DNA of 64,000 bases from Planctomycetota bacterium (GTDB taxonomy: Bacteria; Planctomycetota; UBA8108; SXIK01): the NCBI GenBank assembly GCA_965223265.1, contig OZ244999.1:8896001-8960000 (forward strand), read 5' to 3'. The notes below the pieces were generated by a model. It made no database searches. It was not told the DNA's origin and saw only the letters and a program-made list of their open reading frames with translations. The position numbers and the translations under genes were made by a program. Positions 21,560-31,334 of the stretch are shown here, one piece after another (positions within the stretch are counted from its first letter, which is position 1; every line of letters begins with the position of its first letter).

Positions 21560-22459
21560 ATGAGACTCTATTATCACCGCGCACCGAGTGGGTTGCGCAA
21601 CTTCGGCGACGACCTCAACCCATGGCTCTGGAGTCGTGTGCTGCCGGGAATCATCGAACCCGATGCAGCCCCTCATTCGAGCGTCCTCATCGGGTTCGGA
21701 ACTCTGCTCAACGAAAAACTCCCCGAGCATCTTTCTGAGGCAGCGCTCAAAGTCATCTTCACGACCGGTGTCGGCTACGGTAGCGGGCAGCCGCCGTCGC
21801 TGGGAACGGGCTGGGATGTTCGCAGCGTTCGCGGGCCACTCTCCGCAGCTCGACTCGGCCTCGACGCGCGCTTCGGTGTCGCGGACGGAGCGATTCTCGT
21901 GAGGCGTCATTACGAGCCCGCTGCGCAGAAGACCGTGAGGTATTCATTCATGCCTCATGTGATCTCGTGTGATGCGGGTGAGGCAGCGTGGCGGCAGATC
22001 TGCGACGCGCTTGGCATCCAGTTCATCGACCCGCAGGACAAGATCGAAGACGTGTTGGCACAGATCAGCGCCAGCGAGGTGCTCCTTGCAGAAGCGATGC
22101 ATGGAGCGATTGTCGCAGATGCGCTCGGGACCCCGTGGATCGCGATGGACACTCACGGTGTGCACCGTTTCAAATGGGAGGATTGGTGTGCTTCCGTGGG
22201 GCTCAGCTATCAGCCGTGGAAGTGCCCGATGCTGAGCAATCTGCCTGAGCATGGATCGACGTTCATTCGCCTCCGCAGCGGCATCAAGCGCATCGTCGTC
22301 GAGCGTCGCCTGCGACACATTTTGAGCAAAGCGACGCCGGTGCTCAGTTCGCGAGAGCGGATGGAAGACCTCACCTGTCAGCTGGAGGAGTTACTCGCGA
22401 CGCTGCGCCGTGATAGCGAGGCTGGACTCTTTCGTGCGGCCACCGCCACGTCGGTGTGA
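21560..22459 (+). CDS. exoV: Polysaccharide pyruvyltransferase family protein, ExoV-like
   Basis: MRLYY..NFGDDLNPWLW, GVGYG, VRGPLSA, FMPH, AEAMHGAIVADALGTPW, FKWEDW. Confidence 0.82.
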   Translation: MRLYYHRAPSGLRNFGDDLNPWLWSRVLPGIIEPDAAPHSSVLIGFGTLLNEKLPEHLSEAALKVIFTTGVGYGSGQPPSLGTGWDVRSVRGPLSAARLGLDARFGVADGAILVRRHYEPAAQKTVRYSFMPHVISCDAGEAAWRQICDALGIQFIDPQDKIEDVLAQISASEVLLAEAMHGAIVADALGTPWIAMDTHGVHRFKWEDWCASVGLSYQPWKCPMLSNLPEHGSTFIRLRSGIKRIVVERRLRHILSKATPVLSSRERMEDLTCQLEELLATLRRDSEAGLFRAATATSV

Positions 22460-22756
22460 GACGCGGTCCGCTGCCAGTTCTGTTCCGTCCGTTCCCCACC
22501 TCACGTTACCCGAGTGGCTCAACGTCTAGGCGCTAAACGCGCAGAGCCGAGGTGGCAGGCCGCTGACCGAATACCGAACACCGGCTCGCGACTCTGCGAC
22601 CATCTTCCGCTGCCGGCCGCCGGCAGGTAAAGTATCTCTCACCCCGGAGGGTGATCGAAGGGTCTCTCGAAGCACTGCGGTCGGCATCGGCCGTGTGCAG
22701 GAGAGCCCACCCATTTGTAGGCGTTGGGTGTCCGCGCCATCGCGGAGGAGGTTCAA

Positions 22757-25700
22757 GTGCTGGGACGGGTAGCGCAGCCGCGCGGAGTAGCATGGGTAGG
22801 GTTTGGGATCGGCTTGTGTCTTGTCATCGGATCACGTGCTGTTGCGGCGGACTCAAACTACACCGTGTCGTCCACGCAGGGCGTCGTCAAAGAATACCAA
22901 CTCGCTGATGGCGATGCCGTCGAGATCTCTGTCGGGATCGAGAAGCCGAGTCTTCTTCCACCCAATGCGCGTCTCTTGGTTGCGTGGACGCTCACACAAG
23001 CCGATGATCCTGCGGCGATTCCGCGAGCCCCCAGGGCCGCAACTGAAGATTCGGTACCGCGCCGCGCTCTCGACGCGTTCAACATCTACACGGCGCCGAC
23101 CGCGAACTGGTCGAAAGTACTTCACGCCCTCGACGCCGACACGTACGTCGTTTATCGCGCGCCGACGAGCGGGCGGTATACGCTCGTCGTTCAACTTCAC
23201 GACGGCCCCGCGCCGTCGGATGGCGGCAAGCGTTGGCGCGACACTGGCGCCGCTCCCGGCGTCGCCGCGCAGCCCGAGCGGGTGGAATGGCCGGAGGCGT
23301 CATCGGTCGAGATCTTCGCATCCGTCGCGCCCCTGGTGGTTGCCGACGAGCTCAAGCACAGGTTCTACGTTGAAGCCGAGCCGAACGACACGCCCGAGCA
23401 AGCGCAGCCGCTCGATCTCGGCTCCGGTGTCGATGCTGCGTCGTTTCACGTCATGGGAACGAGCGATGACATCGAATACTTCGACAACGGGCGCGTCGGC
23501 GCCAGTGGCGACGACTGGTTCCGCATCGACTTCGCAGGCTCCGAGCGTCGACTCCTCACGGTGTGCCTGTCGATACCCGATCAGCAGCTCGCCGCGAGAA
23601 TTCGCTGCTACACACTCGGCGTCCCGGGGACAACCGGTGAGAAAGCATCGGGGGCAGAGACGGTAGCCCCGCTCCGGCGGATTGCCGCGGCGGGTGAGCT
23701 TCTGTCGCTCGTGGAGTATGACGCCGGCAAGAACCTGAACGAGCGCTCCCATCAACAGGAAGAACAGCACCGCACCGCGATCAACCGCTGGGTGGAGCCA
23801 GGCGAAACCTACTTCCTCCGCGTCGAGGCGAATGCGCCTGGCTACGAGCTTGAGCTTCGAGTCGTCCAGCCGGCGCCGTTTGACGATCCGCGAGTTGCCG
23901 TGAGGCACGGCCTCTACGATCACATTGGGCAGGTCGATGCCTGGCTGACGAACCGACCGCGCGGCGCCAGCGTCGAGCGGCGGATTCGCGACAGCGGCAA
24001 CCTTCTGGGCACCAACTGCATGAGCTGCCATACGCAATCTGGAGTGTGGGGCCCGGCGATTCCATTCGTGCACGGCTATCGACCGGAGAACGTTCAGCTC
24101 TGGCGCCACCTCATCAACACGTGCTACCAGTCGATGCGGCCGACGAACAAACTGATCGATGCCGCGAACAACACAAGTTTGAGGCCGCTCGACATCGGCG
24201 ATGGGCCAGCTGGGACCCGGGTTGCCGGCCACGCGGTTGTCGCCCTTGAACGCTATCTGCCGGCGCGAAAGCTGCAGAGCTCGCAGGCGATTCGAGCTGC
24301 GAATTACGTTCTGCAGACGAGCGACCCGGGTGGCATCAACGCCGCGGGGCCAGGGGCCAACGTTGGCAAGGGCGTCGTCTTCAACTATGCCGGAGAAATC
24401 CTGTGGAGCGCGTGGCGGGCGACGAGTGAGCCAAAGTACTTTCACGCCCTCGAGGACAAGATGCGTAAGATCCTCGAGATTGATCCCAAGTACTCTGACG
24501 ATCTCGGGCACCGCATCGAGTTTCTGCAGCGCTACGTGCCGCGAGACTATGTTGATCAGGTGGCTCTCGTGGCCGGGAAGGATGGCGTCGCGGGCGATGA
24601 GAGAACGCAGCGACTTGATGCGGCACGCGAGTTGGCGGCACGCATCGCGCAGCAAGTTCGAGATGACATCGATCGTCTGCGAGCGATTCAGCTCGAGGAC
24701 GGAGCGTGGGGCTTCGATCCGGGAGCTCGGGGCGAAGATGGATCATGGGTTGTTAAGAACAAGAAGGCCGATCCGTCGCCCACGGCTCTGGCTCTGATCG
24801 CATTCGAGGCGGCGGGCGTCAAACGGGACGATCCGACAGTCGCGAAGGGGATCCAGGCGCTTCTCAAGCAGCAGCTGCCGACCGGGCTGTGGAAGGTCGA
24901 GTCGGCGACCGGGTTTGTCGGCACCAGCTACGCTCTCCACGCGCTGGCACGGTACTTCCCGACCGACGCGCCGACATGGAAGCCAGAAGATTTTGCTTCG
25001 GCAGAGGGCGAACCGCTGGTTGCAGCGCTGCGTCGCGTTCGAGACCTCTCCACGATCGGGTCAGCCGAGATGATCCCACTGCTGGTCGAGGCTGCGTCTG
25101 ACGCCAGTCCGCTGGTGCGCTACTGGGCAATGATCGGTCTTGGGGCGTCCCCCAGCGAGGCGAGCGTGGCCCCGCTCGTAGCTGCGCTGGACGACCGCGC
25201 CAAACCCGTGCGCGAGGCGGCGCATTGGGCTCTGCGGCAGAATCTCATCGACGATCGCGGTTGGGATGACGTCTTCGCGGTCCTCGCCTCTGGCGGCGAC
25301 CGCGCGCGCGAGTCGGCACTGCGCGCGTTGGTGATGAAAGTCGATGGCGTCTTGACGCACAGTCGCGTCGGGTGGGAACGACTCGTAGCGGCGCTGGATC
25401 GCTCCATGAACGACGACCCGCACCCCGGTGTGCGAGCGTGGACGATGAAGGCGGCGTGGCAGTGGTGGATTTGGAATCCACCCGTTCGTGCGGGAATCAA
25501 TGCGGCTTGGACGCGCCTTCTCCAGCGTCCGGAAGAGAACATCGCGGCAGAGAACACGCTTCGCTATCAAAGCCACGCGCTGTTGATTGCTAATGGTCAT
25601 GTTGCCAACGGCAGCAAGGAACATCAGTACACAGAGCTCGGCGATCTTCTCAAGAAGCTTCGCGAGGTTTACACGGCGGCTCGAAAGAACGACGCGCAGT

Positions 25701-27208
25701 TAGCAGCGCGTATGACGAAGCGTTTGGTCGCGCTTGCCGCAACGTATCACGGCATGCGTGGAGGTGATGGGGGACCCGGGCAGATGGGATACATCACTCC
25801 TGGCGCCAGCGAGCTCTTCAGTGACGCGATTCTCAGCTTCTTCCCGGAGGTCGAGGCACTTTCGCCGGGCGCTGAATATGAGCGTCGTCTTCAGCTCGTT
25901 CTTGAGGGCGCGGCCAACATTCCGCGCAAGCCTCTACAGGAGAAGTTGATCAAGTATTCGCTAGAAGGGCCTGAGAAGTTTCGCGCTCTAGCGTCGTCGA
26001 GTATTTCCGATCCGAAGCTTGTCCAGCTTGTGGCTGTACCTGAGCGTTTGGAGCCTATGTACGCACAGCTTCAGCGTGGCGCTCGCGAGCCAGACCGCCG
26101 ACCGCAGCTTTCCGAGCCGATTCTGAAAATGTTCGGCCGCGTGCGCTGGCTGATCCCAGAGTCGCGAGAGCAGCGTGAGAGCATTCTCGAGTACTTGATT
26201 CCCGCTTTCGACGGCTACCCATCGCGGGCGGAGATCGAAGCTGTCGAGGATGCGGCAACCCGTGCGGAGAAGGAGCAAGCTGAGGAGTCACACTGGTATC
26301 TCGCGAGTCGGCTCGGCGCAGCCATCGCTGAGAACATCGATCTCCACTTCGACACCATGACGGAGGCGTTTCCGCAGAGCTTTGGGAATGACGCAGAGGC
26401 TCAGTTCTGGCTCCGCAGCGTCGCCTGGATTCTTGGCTACAAGCGCGATCTGCCGAATGTCGTCATTGATCCGGAGGTCTTGCCGCCGCTTGATCCTCAC
26501 GAGGAGCTGAGAACGCGGGCCGTGAGTCTCTTTTTGACGCAACTCACTCCCGAGGCGGAGGCGAGGAATCGTAAGACTGCGGTGGCGCTCGCGAATGGTT
26601 CGGCACTGCGCCGTAACCCTGAGATTCTTACGGCGCTTGAAGCGCTGGTGTCGCGCGAGAAGGATCAAGAGATCGTCGAGACGGCCAAGAAGGCCCTGTC
26701 GAATAGCCGCGGCCAGTTCATGGAACGATTGCGCGGGGCGGTGAAGGCCGAGAGCCCCAGGCGGATGCCTGCCGATTCGGACGGTGAACCAGCGATGCCG
26801 CCAGAGTTCGTGGAAGACTTCGTCTACTTCCGCGACTACGTCGCGCCCGAGATGTACCGCGTGCTCCGCACCGATAGCCGCAGTTGCATAGCGTGTCATG
26901 GCAAGAAAGAGCGTACACCGATGTTCTTGCATGAACCGGACGACGTCGGCTATCTGCCGGTCGACCAGTTGCTAGAAAACTATCGCACGCTGCAGGCGCG
27001 GATTGACTACCGTCAATTCGAGGCGAGCAAGATTCTTCGCAAACCGCTCAACATCCAGACGGGCAAGGAAGATGGGCACCAGGGCGGGCGCCGTTACGGT
27101 CCGGACGACCCTGGTTACGAGCTCCTTCGGCGTTGGGTCCTCCACCAGGTCGAGCACCAGGCTCATCTCGGCATCCTGAGCTCACCGCTGCGGATGCGGC
27201 GCTTCTGA
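22757..27208 (+). CDS. Large exported multidomain protein: PPC-like module, two CxxCH motifs, prenyltransferase/squalene-cyclase QW-type repeats, HEAT repeats
   Basis: GTG after SD GGAGGAGG; hydrophobic N-terminus; EAEPNDTPEQAQPL; CMSCH; QLEDGAW and QLPTGLW; HEAT-like DASPLVRYWA, DRAKPVREAA; C-terminal CIACH...SKILRKPL...HQGG...LRRWV. Confidence 0.75.
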   Translation: MLGRVAQPRGVAWVGFGIGLCLVIGSRAVAADSNYTVSSTQGVVKEYQLADGDAVEISVGIEKPSLLPPNARLLVAWTLTQADDPAAIPRAPRAATEDSVPRRALDAFNIYTAPTANWSKVLHALDADTYVVYRAPTSGRYTLVVQLHDGPAPSDGGKRWRDTGAAPGVAAQPERVEWPEASSVEIFASVAPLVVADELKHRFYVEAEPNDTPEQAQPLDLGSGVDAASFHVMGTSDDIEYFDNGRVGASGDDWFRIDFAGSERRLLTVCLSIPDQQLAARIRCYTLGVPGTTGEKASGAETVAPLRRIAAAGELLSLVEYDAGKNLNERSHQQEEQHRTAINRWVEPGETYFLRVEANAPGYELELRVVQPAPFDDPRVAVRHGLYDHIGQVDAWLTNRPRGASVERRIRDSGNLLGTNCMSCHTQSGVWGPAIPFVHGYRPENVQLWRHLINTCYQSMRPTNKLIDAANNTSLRPLDIGDGPAGTRVAGHAVVALERYLPARKLQSSQAIRAANYVLQTSDPGGINAAGPGANVGKGVVFNYAGEILWSAWRATSEPKYFHALEDKMRKILEIDPKYSDDLGHRIEFLQRYVPRDYVDQVALVAGKDGVAGDERTQRLDAARELAARIAQQVRDDIDRLRAIQLEDGAWGFDPGARGEDGSWVVKNKKADPSPTALALIAFEAAGVKRDDPTVAKGIQALLKQQLPTGLWKVESATGFVGTSYALHALARYFPTDAPTWKPEDFASAEGEPLVAALRRVRDLSTIGSAEMIPLLVEAASDASPLVRYWAMIGLGASPSEASVAPLVAALDDRAKPVREAAHWALRQNLIDDRGWDDVFAVLASGGDRARESALRALVMKVDGVLTHSRVGWERLVAALDRSMNDDPHPGVRAWTMKAAWQWWIWNPPVRAGINAAWTRLLQRPEENIAAENTLRYQSHALLIANGHVANGSKEHQYTELGDLLKKLREVYTAARKNDAQLAARMTKRLVALAATYHGMRGGDGGPGQMGYITPGASELFSDAILSFFPEVEALSPGAEYERRLQLVLEGAANIPRKPLQEKLIKYSLEGPEKFRALASSSISDPKLVQLVAVPERLEPMYAQLQRGAREPDRRPQLSEPILKMFGRVRWLIPESREQRESILEYLIPAFDGYPSRAEIEAVEDAATRAEKEQAEESHWYLASRLGAAIAENIDLHFDTMTEAFPQSFGNDAEAQFWLRSVAWILGYKRDLPNVVIDPEVLPPLDPHEELRTRAVSLFLTQLTPEAEARNRKTAVALANGSALRRNPEILTALEALVSREKDQEIVETAKKALSNSRGQFMERLRGAVKAESPRRMPADSDGEPAMPPEFVEDFVYFRDYVAPEMYRVLRTDSRSCIACHGKKERTPMFLHEPDDVGYLPVDQLLENYRTLQARIDYRQFEASKILRKPLNIQTGKEDGHQGGRRYGPDDPGYELLRRWVLHQVEHQAHLGILSSPLRMRRF

Positions 27209-27481
27209 CCGGCAGGTCCTGCGCACAAGGTGGCGGCAACTCTGTATGCCGTCCGCTTCTTTTTTGGGCTGCGCGTGGATCCCGCTGCAACCGGCTGCAG
27301 AGCGGGTAGAATGTAAGGATAACCCAACGGGTGCGAAAGATCGTGAGATGTCGCTCCGCGCGTCGTGGAAGCTGCCGTCTTTGTGAGCTTTCGTTGCCGG
27401 CGTTGGGATTGAGCCTGCGTTCCAAACGAACTACCGCGCTTTCTGTGAGCGCCACCGAGGCAGTGCCCTGGAGGTCACGTC

Positions 27482-29395
27482 ATGACGCGATCGCTTGTCG
27501 CCCTCAGTTGCTTGATCGCTCTTGTGTTCGTTTTCGAATCAGCCGCGACCGTTGCGGACGATGCACCGAACACAGCAGTCAAGCCGGCGCCGGCCGACGG
27601 GGCCGAAACGCCCGAAGTTTCCAAGCCTTCCGTGGTCCCGGTGTTCTCACTCTCCGGACCGATCGCCGAGACGCCGCCGAGCGATTTGGGATTCCCATTC
27701 CACGGTGCTCAACCCGAATCGCTCAAGGGGCTCGTTGAACGTCTCAAGAAGGCCCAAACGGACGACCGCGTCCGCCGCGTCGTCGTCTTGCTTGAGAATC
27801 CGCAACTCGGCCTCGGTCAGATCGAAGAGCTCAGGGAGGCGTTCGAAGCGCTCAAGAGCGCGGGCAAAGAGGTCCACGCTCACGTCGATACTTTGACGCT
27901 ACCGCAATACGCTCTTCTGGCGGCTGCCTCGCGCATCAGCATGCCGCCGAATGGCTATCTTTTCTTGACCGGGTTCTATCTCGAGCAACCTTTTGTGCGC
28001 GGTCTTCTCGACAAGATCGGCGTGCAGCCCGATTTTTTGACATGCGGCGAGTACAAGAGTGCCGCAGAAATGTTCATGCGCACGCAGCCGAGTGCAGCCA
28101 ACGCGCGCATGACGAACTGGCTTCTCGATAGTTGGTTCGAGAGTGTGGTCACCGGCATCGCCGCCGCCCGCGGTCTTGGTGAGGAGCAAGTTCGCGTAGC
28201 GATCGACTCGGGGCTTTTTAGTGCCACCCAGGCGAAGGATCTTGGGCTGATCGACGCGGTCGAGTTTCGCCGCGATTTCGTCACTCATTTGAAGCAGGAT
28301 TCAGCGGACAACTTTCGTCTGGCGAAGCGGTACGGGAAGAAGAAGATGCGAAGCGTCGACTTCTCCTCGCCGTTTGCGCTCTTCAGCTTTTGGGGTGAAA
28401 TCCTTGGCGCCGGTAGGAAGAAGGCTGCGAGACGGGACGCCGTAGCGATTGTCTACGTCGACGGTCCCATTCTTCCGGGTAGTCCGACGCCGGACCCGTT
28501 TGGCGGTACCACCGGTGCGTACAGCGTTCCGATCAGCAAGGCGCTAGAGAAAGTGGCTGCCGATGACAGCATCAAAGCCGTCGTCTTACGGGTGAATTCA
28601 CCCGGGGGCTCGGCGGTTGCGAGCGAGGTCATTCACGACGCCACGCAGAGGGTCAGGAGTCAGAAGCCGTTCGTGGTCTCCATGGGAGACATCGCAGGCA
28701 GTGGCGGCTACTACGTTGCTTGTGGCGCCGAGGTGATCTTTGCAGATGCGTCAACACTGACGGGATCCATCGGTGTTGTCGGCGGCAAGTTTGCGACCAC
28801 CGAGATGTGGAAACGTCTTGGCGTCGAATGGAAACCGTACGCGCGCGGTAGTCGTGCCGGGATCATGCGATCGGGCGCAGTCTTTCGTGTCGATGAGCGT
28901 GATCGAGTCCAAGAATGGATGGATGGCATCTATGCGAAGTTCAAAGAGCGTGTGCGAACTGGTCGTGGAGGCAGGCTGAAAAAACCCATCGACGAGGTCG
29001 CGGGTGGGCGCGTCTATACAGGTCGTCAAGCGCTCGAGCTCGGTCTTGTCGATCGTCTCGGAGGACTTGCCGCGGCCGTCGAATTCGCTGCAGCGCAGGC
29101 GCAGCTCGAGCGCTACGACGTGCGCATCGTGCCCCGTCCGCAGAACTTCATGGAAACTCTGTTCGAGGGCTTAGGAGGTTCTGAGCCAGACGACGACGAA
29201 ACCTTGTGGATTCGATCGACAGCGCTTGGCGGTAGCGGCAAGGCGACGCTGATCGATGCGCTGCTGCCGCTTTTGGCCGGCCTTGAGCCGCAGCGCGTCC
29301 GTGCGGTCGAGGCGGCTCTCGTGCAGCTCGAGCTCTTCCGCCATGAGCCCGTACTCATGTCCATGCCGATCCTGACGCTTGGCGCGTCGAGGTAG
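27482..29395 (+). CDS. sppA: Signal peptide peptidase SppA (protease IV, 67K type)
   Basis: Two S49 domains; GEYKSAAE, LRVNSPGGSAVASE, SMGDIAGSGGYY, TLTGSIGV, GRVYTGRQA; SD GGAGGT. Confidence 0.93.
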   Translation: MTRSLVALSCLIALVFVFESAATVADDAPNTAVKPAPADGAETPEVSKPSVVPVFSLSGPIAETPPSDLGFPFHGAQPESLKGLVERLKKAQTDDRVRRVVVLLENPQLGLGQIEELREAFEALKSAGKEVHAHVDTLTLPQYALLAAASRISMPPNGYLFLTGFYLEQPFVRGLLDKIGVQPDFLTCGEYKSAAEMFMRTQPSAANARMTNWLLDSWFESVVTGIAAARGLGEEQVRVAIDSGLFSATQAKDLGLIDAVEFRRDFVTHLKQDSADNFRLAKRYGKKKMRSVDFSSPFALFSFWGEILGAGRKKAARRDAVAIVYVDGPILPGSPTPDPFGGTTGAYSVPISKALEKVAADDSIKAVVLRVNSPGGSAVASEVIHDATQRVRSQKPFVVSMGDIAGSGGYYVACGAEVIFADASTLTGSIGVVGGKFATTEMWKRLGVEWKPYARGSRAGIMRSGAVFRVDERDRVQEWMDGIYAKFKERVRTGRGGRLKKPIDEVAGGRVYTGRQALELGLVDRLGGLAAAVEFAAAQAQLERYDVRIVPRPQNFMETLFEGLGGSEPDDDETLWIRSTALGGSGKATLIDALLPLLAGLEPQRVRAVEAALVQLELFRHEPVLMSMPILTLGASR

Positions 29396-29456
29396 CGTTC
29401 GGAGCGCGAGCTGCTTCGGTGACCGCTTGCGTTTGCGGACGGTCTTGCGTCGTTGA

Positions 29457-29527
29457 CTTGGTTTCCTTCGTTCAACTCTTGTTCTGATCTTTTGAATGTT
29501 GAACAGAAGCAAACGAAGCCAACGAAG
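29457..29527. repeat. Imperfect inverted repeat (REP-like) downstream of sppA
   Basis: CTTGGTTTCCTTCGTTCAACTCTTGTTC approximately pairs with GAACAGAAGCAAACGAAGCCAACGAAG; roughly 9-nt CTTCGT/ACGAAG periodicity. Confidence 0.5.
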
Positions 29528-29574
29528 ATCAGGCAGAGAAGCGGCAGGCGCTCGAGGATCCACGCCCACGCCCT

Positions 29575-29602
29575 CGGTCCACGGTCCACGGTCCACGGTC
29601 CA
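29575..29602. repeat. Heptamer tandem repeat (CGGTCCA)x4 flanked by GCCCAC-type hexamers
   Basis: Four exact copies read directly. Confidence 0.9.
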
Positions 29603-29886
29603 CGCCCACGCAAACTCCCACGGGAACGGATGCCCACTCGCCAACGCCTCCCGCCCGGAACCGACTCGCCCCACACACCCGGAGCGTCCGCATGGCCTAA
29701 CGCGGTGGATTTTCGTCCGAGATCTTTTGTCTGCTCACGGCGCTCCCAGTCGTTGGAACGTGAGACCGCCCCACGAGGGTGCGCTCGCGACCGGATCCAC
29801 TCTATCAATTCTGCTGCGGCTCGTGATCGATCGGTTAGACTGGAACGTCTCCGATTCTGGCTCCATCTCGAACCCGGAAATCCATC

Positions 29887-31098
29887 ATGAAACCTGAACA
29901 GAGCGTGGTGATTTTCTCTCCGCTGTCGACTGCGTTCGCAGTTCTGCTGGCTTTCGTGGTCGTTTTCATGACTTCTCCGCAGATCCGCGGCGGCGTCTTT
30001 CAGGAACCCGGTCAGCCCCCGGTTTTTCTGATGCGAGGTGACGCCAACGACGACGTGGCGGTCGACGTGAGTGATGCGATCGCGCTTTTGAATCACCTGT
30101 TTCTGGCCGAGTCGCCACCAAACTGCGAAAAGAGCGGCGATGCCAACGATGACGGCGCGATCGATATCTCGGACCCGGTGTTCGTGCTCGTGCAGCAGTT
30201 CGTTGCTGGATTACCGGCGCCTTCTCCCTATGGGTTCTGTGGCGGCGACGTGACGATCGACGAGTTGACGTGCGAGGCTTCTTCCTGCGACGCCCCGTCT
30301 CCTGACGGCATATTCATCGTGTTTGACAACAAGAATGAGTGCCCGCAGGAGCCGTGTGAAGACCTGGACGCTTTTGATGTCGTGGTGCGCGGTGAGGTGA
30401 TCAAACTTGCGGCTGTGAGCGTCGACTACCTCCGGGACACGGCGGACGGCCTGTCGTCGGTCCACGACGAGGACGACCGACAACGCTTCTTGGACATCGT
30501 CATTGGAGACGACAGCGATTCGGTCGACAAACGAGTGAAAGGCGTTCTACAAAACATCGTCGGCCCGGGGGGGGTGAGTCAGTCGATGGTGGTGCTGGAG
30601 ATCGACCAATTCCAGGTGCAACCGCGCGACCTCGTAGTGAGCAGTTTTACGATCAGCAGCTGGAGCTTTCCGTTCAGCGGAGGGCTTGACGCCACCTTTC
30701 GCATCGAAATCAACAACATTGGTCAGATCGGCATCTTTGAGGATTTCAACGTCGACGTCGTCAGCGGTTCAAGCACGGTTTTTTCGACGCGCGTCACGCA
30801 GACCGTGTTTGCGAACCAGCCGATCGTGGTTTCAGAGACTGTCCACTTTACTGACTCCAAGATTGGGCAGACGCAGTCCTTTCGTGCCGTGGTCGATGTC
30901 GATTCAGAAGTCGCAGAGGACACGACGAACGACCTGTTCGAGTGTACGATAGACCCGGATACCTGCGTTGCGGAGACCAACAACGACCGCTCTCTCAACG
31001 TCGAGTTCCCCGGCTGCTGCGAGGTCTGCTTGATCCTCGGTCGTCCGGTCCGGTTTTGCTACTTCGCGCCCGATTGTGTCGGCTGCGTTGACTTCTGA
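29887..31098 (+). CDS. Secreted protein with N-terminal dockerin, CARDB-like Ig domain and Cys-rich tail
   Basis: TM/signal; FLMRGDANDDVAVDVSD...CEKSGDANDDGAIDISD; DLVV..IEINNIG..VVDVDSEVAE..ETNN; tail CCEVC...C..DCVGC. Confidence 0.75.
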   Translation: MKPEQSVVIFSPLSTAFAVLLAFVVVFMTSPQIRGGVFQEPGQPPVFLMRGDANDDVAVDVSDAIALLNHLFLAESPPNCEKSGDANDDGAIDISDPVFVLVQQFVAGLPAPSPYGFCGGDVTIDELTCEASSCDAPSPDGIFIVFDNKNECPQEPCEDLDAFDVVVRGEVIKLAAVSVDYLRDTADGLSSVHDEDDRQRFLDIVIGDDSDSVDKRVKGVLQNIVGPGGVSQSMVVLEIDQFQVQPRDLVVSSFTISSWSFPFSGGLDATFRIEINNIGQIGIFEDFNVDVVSGSSTVFSTRVTQTVFANQPIVVSETVHFTDSKIGQTQSFRAVVDVDSEVAEDTTNDLFECTIDPDTCVAETNNDRSLNVEFPGCCEVCLILGRPVRFCYFAPDCVGCVDF

Positions 31099-31334
31099 TG
31101 GCGGAGCTGGCTAAGAGGTTTCGTAGAAGACCTCGCGTTGGAGTCTCACGCGTAGCGGCGCGGTCGCCATTCTTTTGCTTCGCCAGTGGACCCTTTAGCC
31201 AATTCGCTGGGATTCGGGTCGCTCGCGATCGCGCATTTTTTCTGAGACGTTTTCGACCTCTCGGGGCTCTTTAGGGGTGAAAGAAAAACACACCGGGCCA
31301 AAGACGCAGCCCGGAACCAACACCCGGAGGATGT

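Noticed and set aside
23300-24655. 451-aa minus-strand ORF (likewise 32019-33194, 52079-53158, 40998-41870)
   Set aside because: Antisense shadows of well-supported genes, expected in GC-rich DNA; no motifs.
29113-30096. 327-aa minus-strand ORF across the repeat patch
   Set aside because: Overlaps sppA and the dockerin gene antisense and simply translates the repeats.
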